This document shows, piece after piece, positions 25,803-37,529 of a stretch of DNA of 64,000 bases (position 1 is its first letter; each line of letters opens with the position of its first letter). The DNA is taken from contig NW_008246073.1 in assembly GCF_000281045.1 (NCBI RefSeq), forward strand, positions 760,213 through 824,212, given 5' to 3'. The stretch comes from Saprolegnia diclina VS20 (lineage: Eukaryota). The notes beneath the pieces were generated by a model that did no database searches, was not told where the DNA came from, and saw nothing but the letters and a program-made list of their open reading frames with translations. The translations under genes and the position numbers were made by a program.

Positions 25803-27548
25803 CTACATAATGGCGCACTTTTTGTCCTTGGACTTTTGCTTGGCGTCGCGACTTCGTCGTCGTCGGTCCGGCACGGTGGCTGGTACCGTCGTACTCTCGG
25901 GCACCGCAGTCGTATCGATCGTCACGTCCGTGGAGGCGAGCGACGATGGCCGCACCGACACGGGCCTTGCAGCCAGCTCCACGGCAGGTCGAGGCGCGTG
26001 ATCCGCAACGACCGGTCGTGGCTCGTCCACAGCTGTGTGGGGCGACACGAGAGTGTTTGGGACGGCTGCCGGCTGTCGACTCTGGTCCGCGTAAAGCAAA
26101 GGGGCGGAGCCGGCGCGGGCCTTGGTCGCTGCTGCCATGGCCTGGCTCTGAAGGGACGCGGCGCGGGCCTTCGCACTCGCGGCTCTTTCCTCAGCCTCGA
26201 TGCGATGCCGCGTTGCTGCGTCCTTCTCAGCTTGCAGACGTGATACTTGGGTCTCGTACGTAAGCTCGCGGAGGCTCTCTTCGCGCTCGAGCTCGAGCCC
26301 AATCTGTTGCTTGCTCATCGCCCGGACTTGACGCGCTTTGGCGACCGCGTCGTTGCGCAGCTGGACAGCACGCGCCTGGGCTGCTTCGGCCGCGTGCTCC
26401 CGCTCGATCCGTCGCTGCGTCGCCTGCGCCTTCTCGAGCGAGAGGGCTTGGAGCTGCGTTTGGTACTGGAGGTCGCGAAGCTCGTCTTCGTGGAGAAGGT
26501 CGGACGTCACTTTTTGCTTGGAGAGCTCACGCACTTGCTTGACCTTGGCGATCGCTTCGTCGCGGAGCTGCGCTGCGCGTGCTTGCGCGGCGTGCGCCAT
26601 GCGTTCACTCTCGATGCGCCGAAGCGTCGCGGCTTCCTGGCGCATGTGCAGTGCGTGGAGCTGCGCTTCCATCTCGCGCTCCGACTCTTGCGTGCTCAAG
26701 TGTAAAAGGGCCTCTTGGCGGTGGACCTCGGTTTCCTGGTATGTATGGACCGCCTTGACCGCCTCGTCGGCGAGCCGCTGGGCCTTGGCCTGCGATGCAG
26801 CGACAGCGTCGCGCGAGGCTTGCTTGGCTGCTGCCGCGTGCGCTCGGATGCGGTCGAGCTCTGCTTGGTTCAACGTTCGCGTGCGCTCGATCTCGGCCTC
26901 GGCGTCGTGAAGCTGTTTCTCGATACGCTGGTGCTCGTTGTACTCGTACAATGACGCAGCGAGCACTGCCTCGAGAACCTTTTGATCGTGGCGCTCGGCC
27001 GCTTCACGCCGCGCCTCCCGCGTTGCATCCAACTGGGCTCGGAAAGCCGCGAGCTCGGCCTCTTCTTCTGCCTTTCGCGACGCTTCGTCGAGGCACGCTT
27101 GGTCTTCGATGCGCCGGCGTGCGACGGCTTCGGCCTCGGCGACCTTGGCGTGTGCATCGGCAACCTTGGCATGCAGCACAGCCTCCTTCTCGCGTCGCGA
27201 CGCCTGCGTTTCGGTCAGCTGCAGGTCGATCGAGGCGCGGGCAGCGGTGACATCCGCCGCCAAGCGGTCGGCTTCGAGCGACGCTTGGTGCTCAATGTGC
27301 GCACGGGCAGCGTCGTCGGCGACAGTGATGGCCGTGTATGCCACCGCTGTCGATGCTTGCAGTTTGGCGTCGGTGGCGGTGCGCCACAAACGCGCGTTCA
27401 CGAGCTCGTCGTCGTCGCTGTCCGACTCGATTGGCCGCGGTTCGTTGAGCTTAGCGAGGGGCATTGGGTTGTGGCCACCATACAGCGTCAACACGTCGTG
27501 GGTCATGTCCTGTCCTGGCGCCGTACTGGGATCGACCCGGTCCGTCAT
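25803..27548 (-). CDS. Coiled-coil repeat protein with UIM-like motif and C-terminal CaaX
   Basis: Long Ala/Glu/Arg-rich ORF with LEAVLAASL, 69-aa internal repeats, ending KQKSKDKKCAIM*. Confidence 0.75.
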   Translation of the reverse strand: MTDRVDPSTAPGQDMTHDVLTLYGGHNPMPLAKLNEPRPIESDSDDDELVNARLWRTATDAKLQASTAVAYTAITVADDAARAHIEHQASLEADRLAADVTAARASIDLQLTETQASRREKEAVLHAKVADAHAKVAEAEAVARRRIEDQACLDEASRKAEEEAELAAFRAQLDATREARREAAERHDQKVLEAVLAASLYEYNEHQRIEKQLHDAEAEIERTRTLNQAELDRIRAHAAAAKQASRDAVAASQAKAQRLADEAVKAVHTYQETEVHRQEALLHLSTQESEREMEAQLHALHMRQEAATLRRIESERMAHAAQARAAQLRDEAIAKVKQVRELSKQKVTSDLLHEDELRDLQYQTQLQALSLEKAQATQRRIEREHAAEAAQARAVQLRNDAVAKARQVRAMSKQQIGLELEREESLRELTYETQVSRLQAEKDAATRHRIEAEERAASAKARAASLQSQAMAAATKARAGSAPLLYADQSRQPAAVPNTLVSPHTAVDEPRPVVADHAPRPAVELAARPVSVRPSSLASTDVTIDTTAVPESTTVPATVPDRRRRSRDAKQKSKDKKCAIM

Positions 27549-28294
27549 TGTCAAACTCACAAGTGGAATATCACACTTGTTCGATGTGTTCAGAAAAACG
27601 GTTTCACGGCGTGGGAAATGGCGGTGGGAAACTGCGCAGGATGATGAAAGAAGAAGATTCTGTCCATGCATTTGTACATGCTTGAGCCGCATAAACAATA
27701 ATATGGGACGGTACGGCGTTGCCTTGTACCCTCCATCCACACGTCCCCATTGCACAGCATCCACACCATTTCTTCGGGCTGGCGAAGGAGATTCGGGTCC
27801 TTTTAAAATCGCATTTCCGGTCGACGGAGAACGTTATACAAGAAATTGGTATTGCGTGGGATTCTCACGTCAACTCGCCGCACCGTTTTGTGTTCAACTA
27901 CTCGCAGAACTATAAGCCCTTGAAGTTGTGTTCAAAGCGCCCATAGCACGCGTCAAGATCTCGCGTAATCCCACACAAAGCTAGTAGGAACTAGCATTGC
28001 AGCTGCGCTTGCGCTTATCAATACCCTAGAACACCCCAGCAGGATCCTTTCTTCAGGTCTGATGGCGCAGACACGCACCCGACCGTCTTCATCTTTCTCG
28101 CAACGATCGCCCCGCGTCAACGACCTCTGCTGTCACACGGTTGGGGTGGTTGGTGGAAAACGTGGAAAACACCTATTCCCACGTGTGAGTCCAACCTCCG
28201 CATGACAGATCGTGTCCAGAGTCCCATAAAATAAAATAGAATAAACAAAATAAAATAAAATAAGCCAAGAGCGACATACACTCATTGACATGCA

Positions 28295-29398
28295 CTAGGC
28301 CGACGAGGTGCCAGATTGCTTGCGACCGAGCTGGGCCGACGCCACCGCCGCGCGCTCGCGCAACTCGGTGGCCTTTTGCAGCTTCTCGTGCGCAATACGC
28401 TCCTTCTCGAGGCGCTCCCGCATCGCCGCGTCCTTCTCGTGGGCGAGCGCACGCATCTGGTGCTCGTACGCCAAAGTCCGACTGGCTTCCTCTTGCTGGA
28501 TCGAGCTCTCGATCGTCGCACGCGACGTCTGACGCACCATCTTGGCGGCGAGCAGCGCCTTCTCGCGCATGGCCTGCGCACGCGCGACGGCTTCCTGGGC
28601 GCGGGTTTCGGCCTCGAGGCGTTTGGCAATCGCCTCTTGTTGACGCTGCTTGGCGGCGTCGAGCAGCGCCTGTTGGTCCCGTTCCTTCTCAAGCTGGGCC
28701 AACGCCACTAGCTTTTCCTGGCGCTCGTTTTCCTTTCTTTGGTACTCCTCGACGGCCCGCCGCGCCTGCTCTTTGGCTTCGTGCGCCTTCTTCTTGAGGT
28801 CGAGAACGTTTTGCACCGCGTTCGTCTTGGAGCGATGCGCATTGGCCTTCATGCGCTCGATTTCCTGCTGCTGGGCCTCGAGTGACGCACTCCGAAGACG
28901 CTCCTCGTCGTCCGTCATGTGCTCGATGCGGCTGCGCTCGTTGAACTCAACCAGCGACGCTTTGAGCACCGCGTCCATGACTTTTTCTTCGTGGCGCGCC
29001 TGGGCCTCTTCGCGCAAACGTCGCTTCTCGTCGACTTGCTTCTTGAACGCTTCGAGCGCCTCGTCCTCGTGCTCGCGGCGCTGCACGTCGTCGATCGACG
29101 CCTGTCGCTCAATGCGCTCGCGCTGTGTCTGCTCGGCGAGCGAGATGGCCATGACCGCCTCGAGCTGCCGCTCGTACGCGGCTTCTTCGGCGAGACGCGC
29201 CTGCTCCTGCTGCGCGCGCCACGCGTCGGTCGCCTCCATGCTGCGCTCGTCGTTCATGCTGCGCTCGTCGTTCATGCTGCGAAGAATCCCAACTGCGGAA
29301 GCGCGCAAAAGCGTATCTCGCCCACTGACTTGCACTTTGTATGTCTCGCGCGACACTTGGTGTTTGTATGCGGTTCGGTGCCGCGTTCTGTTTTCCAT
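28295..29398 (-). CDS. Paralog of the 25803-27548 coiled-coil protein; start uncertain (29398 or 29275)
   Basis: Colinear similarity (RHEEKVMDAVLKASLVEFNE vs RHDQKVLEAVLAASLYEYNE); extra UIM-like LEAVMAISLAE. Confidence 0.7.
   Translation of the reverse strand: MENRTRHRTAYKHQVSRETYKVQVSGRDTLLRASAVGILRSMNDERSMNDERSMEATDAWRAQQEQARLAEEAAYERQLEAVMAISLAEQTQRERIERQASIDDVQRREHEDEALEAFKKQVDEKRRLREEAQARHEEKVMDAVLKASLVEFNERSRIEHMTDDEERLRSASLEAQQQEIERMKANAHRSKTNAVQNVLDLKKKAHEAKEQARRAVEEYQRKENERQEKLVALAQLEKERDQQALLDAAKQRQQEAIAKRLEAETRAQEAVARAQAMREKALLAAKMVRQTSRATIESSIQQEEASRTLAYEHQMRALAHEKDAAMRERLEKERIAHEKLQKATELRERAAVASAQLGRKQSGTSSA
29237..29281. repeat. 18-bp tandem repeat, 2.5 copies (encodes MNDERS twice on the minus strand)
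   Basis: catgctgcgctcgtcgtt twice, plus catgctgcg. Confidence 0.9.
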
Positions 29399-30193
29399 GG
29401 AAATGCACTGTGATTGGCTATAAATGCTTTGGGGGTGCCACGCCGGAGAGAGTCGGCGAGTTCTGCTGCAAAATGGTCTCCGACCCAAGACCGTGCTGCA
29501 ACCAGTGTGCTGCACCAGACTCAAGACAAGGACGAGAAGAAAGCTGACGAGAAGAGACGATAAACTGGTGGAGCAAGCTGTCGAACGCGATGAAGCTCGC
29601 CACATGCTCGTGATTGAACCTACCGTGACAATAACACGGCGACATCTTCGCGAAACGAACACGCCATGATCTCCAACCATCATCTCCATCCAGCCGCAGT
29701 ATGCGTAGTCTTCTTCGCCCCGCGATGCATACCTTTTGCTGGACGTGCAGAGCCGTGCGTATGGAGTAGCCTTGGTCAGTGGACACCAAGCACCCACGAC
29801 CGCGGTCGTTGTTGTTCGATTGCGTGCGTGGCGCCGACAGGCCATGAAACATTGACGCTCCAGTATACCCGATGGCAATAAGACGCGCTGTGCAGGGACC
29901 AGGCTTACTGCTCCAAACGATAGATGAGCGGGCCGACTGATCTCCTGGATAATCCCTGCCTGGCGCAGCGTCTTGATCGCCTTGGGCAGAAACAGTGGTT
30001 GGGCACCTTGACGTTGTGCAAGATGGTCCGTCCGCAGCAAATCATTTTGACCAATCAGAAAATAGGCAAGCTTTTGACCAATGAGAGGGCGATGGGACAA
30101 ACTGGATTGTTGTAAGTAAGGCCGGTTCGTAATTCGTGCCCGGCGTCGTACGCCGAGAGTAGAAACAGAGAAGTCGGACGTCCCCGCGCCGCC

Positions 30194-31968
30194 ATGAGGA
30201 CAGGACGAACGCTGCTGCTGGTGGGCCTTGCGCTGCTAGGGGTCATGGGCGCAGACAACGTGACGACAGACCCGACGCCGACGACGCTGACGCCGGCGCC
30301 GGCGCCCACACCCACGCCCACAACCAAGACGCCGACGCAGACCCCCCAGACGCTGGCGCCGCAGAGCACGCAGGCGCCGCAAAATACGCAGTCGACACAG
30401 AAGCCGCAGGGCACGCAGGCACCGGTGCCCACCGTGGCGAAGACGCACTACACGATTGTCGACGGCTGGCGCTGCGTCGGCCTCTTGAACAACACGGTGT
30501 TTACGATCGCGCGCAACAACTCGGACGGGACGCGCGAGTGCGCCTCGATGTACAACTACGACTGCACGCAAACCAACTCGGAGCGCGACTGCAATGGCAT
30601 CCTCGTCTCGTTCGACGCGACGCCGTTTTCGTGCAGCACGGTGGAGCCCCTCAACAACAACACGATTGGCCACGCCTTTTACGAGGAGTACTGCCGCAAC
30701 ATCCCGTCGGGTGCGCCGCCTACGTATCTCGCTGCGCTCTCGGACGCCTCTCACACGCCTCTCTGTCTACTGTAGGTAGCTCGTGGACGTCCAACCAAAC
30801 CATCATCCTCGTCGTGAGCCTTGTCGCCGCCGCCGCCATTGGCATCATCATCATTATGGTTTACAAGAAGAAGCGTGCTGCCCGGTACGCCGCGCGCACG
30901 CCCACGGAAGATATCAACAACCCCGGCGATCACATTGTGCTCCGGTCGCAGTCGGGGAAGCGGTCGTTCCTCGCAGAGCCCGCGGCCGCGTACTACGCCC
31001 ACGACAGCGCCGCCGACGCCGAGTTGCACCTCGGCGACCTTGCATTGCACCGTCTCGATAGCACACGCCTCCGCGAAGTGCGCGTGCTGGCGACTGGCGC
31101 GCATGGGATCGTGTCGCTGGGCGACTACAAGGGCGAGCAGGTGGCAATGAAGCGGCTGTTGCACCCGGACCGCGCGCGGGACGCTGTCCAGTCGTTCATT
31201 GACGAGATCAAGCTCATGGCGCGCATGGACAGTCCGTACATTGTGCGCTTCATCGGTGTCGCGTGGAATCGTCCGCGCGATATGACGCTCGTGCTCGAGT
31301 ACATGTCGTACGGCGACCTGCGCGACCATTTGACCAACACGGAGGCCGACCCGGCGTCGCTTTTTCCGTGGGATCAAAAGATCCTGTGTGCGCTCGACGT
31401 CGTGAACGGTCTCATCTATCTGCACGCGAACGCCATCATCCACCGCGACCTCAAGAGCCGCAACGTGCTCCTCACGCAGCACGCGCGCGGCAAGCTCATC
31501 GACTTTGGCGTCTCGCGCGAGGCGATCGAGGCGACGATGACGCAGGGCATTGGCACGTACCGCTGGACGGCGCCCGAGGTGCTGCGCGGGAAGCGGTACA
31601 CGGTCGCCGCCGACATGTACTCGTTTGGTATCATGCTCTCGGAGTTTGCGACGCACCAAGTGCCGTTCTGGGATGCGCATCTGCGCGTGAGTCTCGACGG
31701 CCAGTCGACCGAACCGCTCTCGGACTTTGCGCTCCTCGACCGGCTGCGCGACGGCACGATCCGCCCGACGTTCACCGAGACGTCGCCCGAGTGGCTCGTC
31801 GAGCTCGCCGAGCAGTGCCTCTCGTACGTGCCAGAAGAGCGCCCGACCGCCGTCCACGTGAGCGCGATCCTCCAGCACATGTACGACCGCATGTTTCCCG
31901 CGCACATGTCGTCGACGAGCCCGCCATCGCACGCCCAGCGCCTGTATAGAACGAGCGCCGCGTCCTGA
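30194..31968 (+). CDS. Receptor-like TKL protein kinase (signal peptide, Thr/Pro-rich and Cys-containing ectodomain, TM helix, kinase)
   Basis: Signal MRTGRTLLLVGLALLGVMG; intron ~30711-30775; TM IILVVSLVAAAAIGIIIIMVY-KKKR; VAMK, HRDLKSRN, DFG, GTYRWTAPE. Confidence 0.9.
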
Positions 31969-33025
31969 TGAGAGGTGGTAGCGCCATGGCATTGACGAAT
32001 AATGCTCTATATTACTAACTAGCGATACTGTGTTGCGAGTCAAGTGCTGTCGGTCATCAATAGCGCTAGGACAAAGCGAGTGGGATGCCCGCTGTAATGG
32101 CTAGCTACTAAACTCGCCCAGCCAGTGGATATCCATCGCCCCAAAGATGCTCTGCCCGAGACAGACCATCGCAAAGAACCACCCAGGGATGATGCAAAAC
32201 GAGTTCTCCACGTGTAAAGTGAGGCCCCCGAGACTTGCCATCTCGTAGCCCTAGCCCTAATAGCTAGCTCAGGCTTGAAACAAGGTTGAAACAAGGTTAT
32301 GACCACGCTAAAGTCCACGCTAATAGTTATCAGGTTATCAAGCCGTAGCTGGTTCGCCGTTTGCCCGGAATCGGAGGCGATGCCATGACGCGGCCCGCTG
32401 GAAAGAGAGTGACGAGCGAATCACGGTGCCAACTCGGCCTTTCGGCTTCTTCCGACGGCCGCATCGAGAGAGCTCGGCGTTGGCCGCCAGCGCGAGCTCA
32501 TGAGACGGCTTGTGCAATGTAGAAGTTTGGATACGTCGGCTGGATGTTCGACGACGAGAAGGAAGAGCGCATTTGCGGCAGCAACCAAAGTGGCCGACGC
32601 CGGTTTATCTGTTTAAACACATGCGGCCCGACTTTAACCCACGCTGAAGGGTCGGGTGGTGATATCCCGCGTTGCATTGGCCAATCGCAGCGCGTTCTGG
32701 GGTCGCACCCAGCGCGGCTTGAGGAAGGCGACTGGTCGCGGAGGCACGGCAGCTACTACAGCGACGACAACGTACTCTACATGCTCATTCGCTCGTCGTC
32801 GTATTGGACGCAGCGTGCGACCGATCAGGAGGTGCCCACCACACGAAGTTGCGGCGAACGTCGGCGGCTACCGAGGATCGACCGCGCAGCTTTTCAGTGC
32901 TGGAATGCAATCATTGCGGTGCTGTGATTGGCTAAAAATCCTAGGGTCCACGCGAGGACCAATCATCGCGCAGGAGCCGCCTTTTGGCGAAGGCAGTCAC
33001 TTCTGGTTTTGCTCGCGACGACACG

Positions 33026-35322
33026 ATGAACATGAACGCGCCGCTCCTGACCGTGGCCACATGCAACCTCAACCAGTGGGCGCTGGACTTTGACGGCAAC
33101 CTCGAGCGCATCATGAGCTCGATCCGCATTGCCAAGGCGCGCGGCGCCACGTACCGCCTCGGACCGGAGCTCGAGATCTGCGGCTACGGCTGCGAAGATC
33201 ACTTCCTCGAGGCCGATACGTTCTTCCATTGCTGGGAGAGCATGGCGACGCTGCTTTCGTCGGACGTGACGGACGGCATCTTGTGCGACATTGGCATGCC
33301 CGTCATGCACGGCGGCGTGCGCTACAACTGCCGCGTCTTCTGCCTCGACCGCAAGATCCTCTTCATTCGCCCCAAGCTCTTCCACGCCGACGATGGCAAC
33401 TACCGCGAAACGCGCTGGTAGCGGCGTTCCATGCTTCGTACGCGAGCTCATATTTGTGGATATGTAGGTTCACGACGTGGAAGATCCATGCGGACGCCGC
33501 GCTCAACTTGCAGTCGCACATGCTGCCGCTCTCGATCCAGGAGCTTACGTCGCAGGTCGAAGTGCCCTTTGGCATTGGCGCCATTGCGACGCGCGACTCG
33601 GTACGCGACTTGCCTCCGCCACGACTCTTGTGTTCACGTCCAATAGCTTATCTCGTCCGAGACGTGCGAAGAGCTCTTCACGCCGGACGCGCCACACATT
33701 TCGCTGTCACTTGGCGGCGTCGAGATCATCGGCAACGGGTCGGGCTCGCACCACGAGCTGCGCAAGCTCCACCACCGCATCGACCTGATTCGTGGCGCGA
33801 CGGCCAAAGGTATCGATGACATCGTGCTTGCCGATTTGAAAATGGCTGTGTAGCGGGCGGCATTTACTTGTACGCTAACCAGCAAGGCTGCGACGGCGGC
33901 CGCCTCTACTACGACGGCTGCGCGCTCATTGTCGTCAACGGCCATATCGTGGCGCAGGGCTCGCAGTTCTCGGTCAATGACATCGAAGTCATCACGGCCG
34001 TTGTCGACCTCGACGACGTGCGCTCGTACCGTGGTGCGTGCAGCTCCCGCAGCGAGCAGGCGAGCGCGCCCTCGGAGCGCGCGCTCCCGCACATCAACGT
34101 CAACTTTCGCGTCTGCCCGCCGACGTCGACGACCGCGTTCTTGGCGCCGTCGCCGCGCGTCGACTTCAAGTTTCACGCGCCCGAAGAGGAGATCGCGCTC
34201 GGACCTGCTTGCTGGATGTGGGACTACCTCCGCCGCAGCAAGGCCAAGGGCTTCTTTCTCCCGCTCTCTGGCGGCGCCGACTCGGCGTCGGTTGCGTGCA
34301 TCGTCGGTGTCATGTGCCACCTCGCGACCGCGGCCGGCAATGCCGGGGATATCCAAGTCCAAAAGGACATTCTGTACCTTCTCGGGAAGGACGCGACGGC
34401 GACGTACGAGTCGCTGACGCCGCAAGAGCTCGCAAGCCACATTCTCCACACGACGTACATGGGGACCGAGAACAGTTCGCTGGCGACGGAGACGCGCGCC
34501 AAGACGCTCGCGGCTGAGATTGGCAACTACCACTTGACCGTCAAGATCGACGCGATGGTGTCGGCCGTCGTCTCGACGTTCGCTTTGCTTGTCGGCAAGA
34601 CGCCGCGCTTTGGCGTTCATGGCGGCACGGCGTCCGAGGACCTTGCGCTCCAGAACATCCAAGCCCGGTTGCGCATGGTCATGGCGTATCTTCTCGCGCA
34701 GCTGCTGCCGTGGGTCCGGTCCAAGGCGGGCTTCCTCCTCGTGCTCGGCTCGGCCAACGTTGACGAGGCGCTCCGCGGGTACATGACCAAGTACGACTGC
34801 TCGAGCGCGGATCTCAACCCGATCGGCGCCGTCTCCAAGACGGACCTGAAGCGCCTCTTGGTGTACGCGGCCAAGAAGTACAACTACCCGACGCTGGCGA
34901 CGGTCGTGGCCGCGCCGCCGACCGCTGAGCTTCGCCCGATGGCGTCCGGTGCCGACGAAGAGCATTCGCAGATCGACGAGGAAGACATGGGCATGACGTA
35001 CGAGGAGCTCGGCTGGTTTGGCCGTCTTCGCAAGATCGACCGGTGTGGTCCGCTGTGGATGTTCCGGAAGCTCTCGCATGTCTGGACGCAGTTGACGCCG
35101 ACCGAGGTTGCGGCCAAGGTCAAGCGCTTCTTCTTCTACTATGGCATCAACCGCCACAAGATGACGACATTGACGCCGTCGTACCATGCGGAAAACTACT
35201 CGCCGGACGACAACCGGTTCGACTTGCGCCCGTTCTTGTACAACTCGTCGTGGTCGCGCCAGTTCAAGTCCATTGACACGATGGCGTCGGCGATGGACGC
35301 CCAGAAGGCCAAGACCGACTAA
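33026..35322 (+). CDS. NADSYN1: Glutamine-dependent NAD+ synthetase
   Basis: [72 protein letters not shown]; three introns. Confidence 0.95.
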
Positions 35323-35746
35323 GAAACTAGATCACGTGGCCCTCTATAATCCATTTTCGCTTGCACATGGTCCTTGCCTTCTCCTGTGCCGCTCAGTCCA
35401 TATGTCAAGGATGTATGTGATCCAGCAAGAGCAGTCGCATGACGCGCCTCCTGCAGCATCGCTCGTGGCGCTGCTCATGTTCACGCAGACGTCGACGACG
35501 ATTGTTCGTGTCCTGCGATGGTGTTTGTGTCACCGCGAGCCGACGATTGCGTCATCGTGCTCGTGCCACGTCATCCGTCGACGACGGTGATTGGGTGAAA
35601 ATGCCGTTGGATTAGTTAATCGACATGCACTTTCTGCCAACGGTCAAAAAGAAGCGACGACCGGACCTGTCAAGTCGACGCCGCCTCGCACAAACTTGGG
35701 CTTGATCTCCGGATGGGCATTTCCCGTTGCACCGTTGCCGTAGCAC

Positions 35747-36442
35747 ATGACGACGCCACTCTTTTCGGCCGACGACGGCCTCGTCGCGCTCCACGACGTT
35801 ATGAACACGCTGCTCAACCATACGCAGGCGGTCCACGCCTACTGTGTTGATGCAGTGGCCTCGCCCCGTGACGCGGAGCAGTACCAGCTGGGTGCTGTTG
35901 CCGCCTTGGCGCTCACCAGTTTCGCTATCGGAGTCCGTGGCTACAAGCTGCCCCGTGCCATCATCTTTGCTGCGATCAGTAGCATGGCCTATGTGCTGTG
36001 CCCGCCAGCGCTCTTGACGATGCCGCACGCGCATGAGCTCCGCTTTGCCTTCGGCGCCGCCATGGGCTTGCTTTTCGCCTACCTTCAGTCGGTCGGTCTC
36101 TTTTGCCTCTGGTCCACGTACGTGTTTTACGCTGCCAACGCGCTGTTGCCGTCGCATTGGATGTCACCGATGGTGCGCGACGGCGTGACGCTCTACATGG
36201 CAGTCACGGTCGGCGCGGCGCTGGCCAAGTTTGCCCGGGGCCCCGACAACGGCGTGATTTTGATCCTCCAGACCGCGCCCGCTGGCGCTTGGCTCACGCG
36301 GTACGTCGCGACACTCTTCTTCCCGACGATCCCCGCTCTTCGGTGGACCCTCGTGCCACTTATGTACGTGTACGGCTACCTCCAAATGAAGCACTTTGAC
36401 AAGCACGCGGCCGCTGTGGCGAAGAAGCCCCATGCCGACTAG
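35747..36442 (+). CDS. Multi-pass membrane protein (weakly DUF4203/TMEM198-like)
   Basis: 231-aa ORF with ~6-7 hydrophobic segments and GYKLPRAIIF motif. Confidence 0.6.
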   Translation: MTTPLFSADDGLVALHDVMNTLLNHTQAVHAYCVDAVASPRDAEQYQLGAVAALALTSFAIGVRGYKLPRAIIFAAISSMAYVLCPPALLTMPHAHELRFAFGAAMGLLFAYLQSVGLFCLWSTYVFYAANALLPSHWMSPMVRDGVTLYMAVTVGAALAKFARGPDNGVILILQTAPAGAWLTRYVATLFFPTIPALRWTLVPLMYVYGYLQMKHFDKHAAAVAKKPHAD

Positions 36443-36726
36443 GCTGGTCGTTTAAATGTTTAAATCAAGTTGTTTTACATGCATCTGAAGAGTTGTGGTG
36501 CGTTGTTGCGGTGCTGGTGCACCTCGACGAGCGATTTGAGGCTGCCAGCTCACTAGCAGTATATAGTGTGATTGTATGCCTGATTTGGTGTACAAATTTG
36601 GTATCCGTGGTATCTTGCATTTTGTATGTAGTATCTTTGACAACACTATTTTATATTTAAAGATATCAACCAATCACAACCGCCATGGACTTTTTCTCGA
36701 AATTCGAAGCGGTTCACGCCGCCGCA

Positions 36727-36742
36727 GCTCACTTCCGCATTT
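36727..36742 (+). promoter_or_regulatory. Oomycete-type INR+FPR core promoter
   Basis: GCTCACTTCCGCATTT resembles consensus GCTCATTYYNCAWTTT and lies just upstream of the CACYBP ATG. Confidence 0.7.
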
Positions 36743-36745
36743 GCC

Positions 36746-37476
36746 ATGCTCACGAACGACATCATGGACGATATCCAGGAGCTGCAGAGCCTCCTCGCGA
36801 CCGTCAAGTCCCCGCGCCTGGCCGCGGACCTGACCGCGCTCCTCCGCGCCAAGGAGATGGACTTGGCCAAGGTAGGCGATCCTGTGTATGTGCATGCATG
36901 TAGTCTCATGATGTGGCCTAGACGCAAGCACAAGCCCCGGTGGCAACCCCTGCTCCGACGCCGACAGTCTACGCGCCTCCCCGCATCGCCGAGACGGAGG
37001 TGTACACGGAAGTGTCGACCTTTGGCTGGGAAGACGAAGGCTACGGCAAGCCCAAGGTCATGGTGTACATCACGTCGGGTATCGATGGGGTCGGCGAGCT
37101 CCCCGCTTCGCAGGTCACGTGCGACTTTACCAAGCACAGCTTTGACCTGAAGATCAAACAACTCCGCGGCAAGAACTACCGCCTCGTGCGCTACCATCTC
37201 GACAAGGAGATTGACCCGAAGAAGTCCAAGTTTCTCTTCAAGAAGAATCGCGTGACGATCACGCTGTGGAAGGCCGACGAGAAGAACACGTGGTCGAACC
37301 TCACAGCCAAAAACCCGGGAGCTGCCAGCGCGGCCAAGGCCAACCCGTCGGACCCCTCGGCTGGCATCATGGACATGATGAAGAACATGTACGACGAAGG
37401 CGACGAGGAAATGAAGCGCACGATCGCCAAGGCATGGACGGAAAGTCGCAACAAGACGGCGGCCGGCGGCTTGTAA
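36746..37476 (+). CDS. CACYBP: Calcyclin-binding protein / Siah-interacting protein (CS and SGS domains)
   Basis: N-terminal helical hairpin, intron 36872-36921, CS domain (FGWE..VMVYI), SGS DPSAGIMDMMKNMYDEGDEEMKRTIAKAWTES. Confidence 0.92.
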
Positions 37477-37529
37477 CCCACGCTTGCGATCATCATCATC
37501 ATCATTAACCTAATCCAGCTGCATGTTTT

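Noticed and set aside
29400..30100. 5' extension of the 601-aa ORF
   Set aside because: Composition unlike the coiled-coil body, and it runs into CCAAT-rich promoter DNA; probably non-coding open frame
32040..32340. TAG-rich intergenic stretch with short repeats (tagccc, ttgaaacaagg)
   Set aside because: No TIR, TSD or LTR partner found; too short and irregular for a telomeric or mobile call
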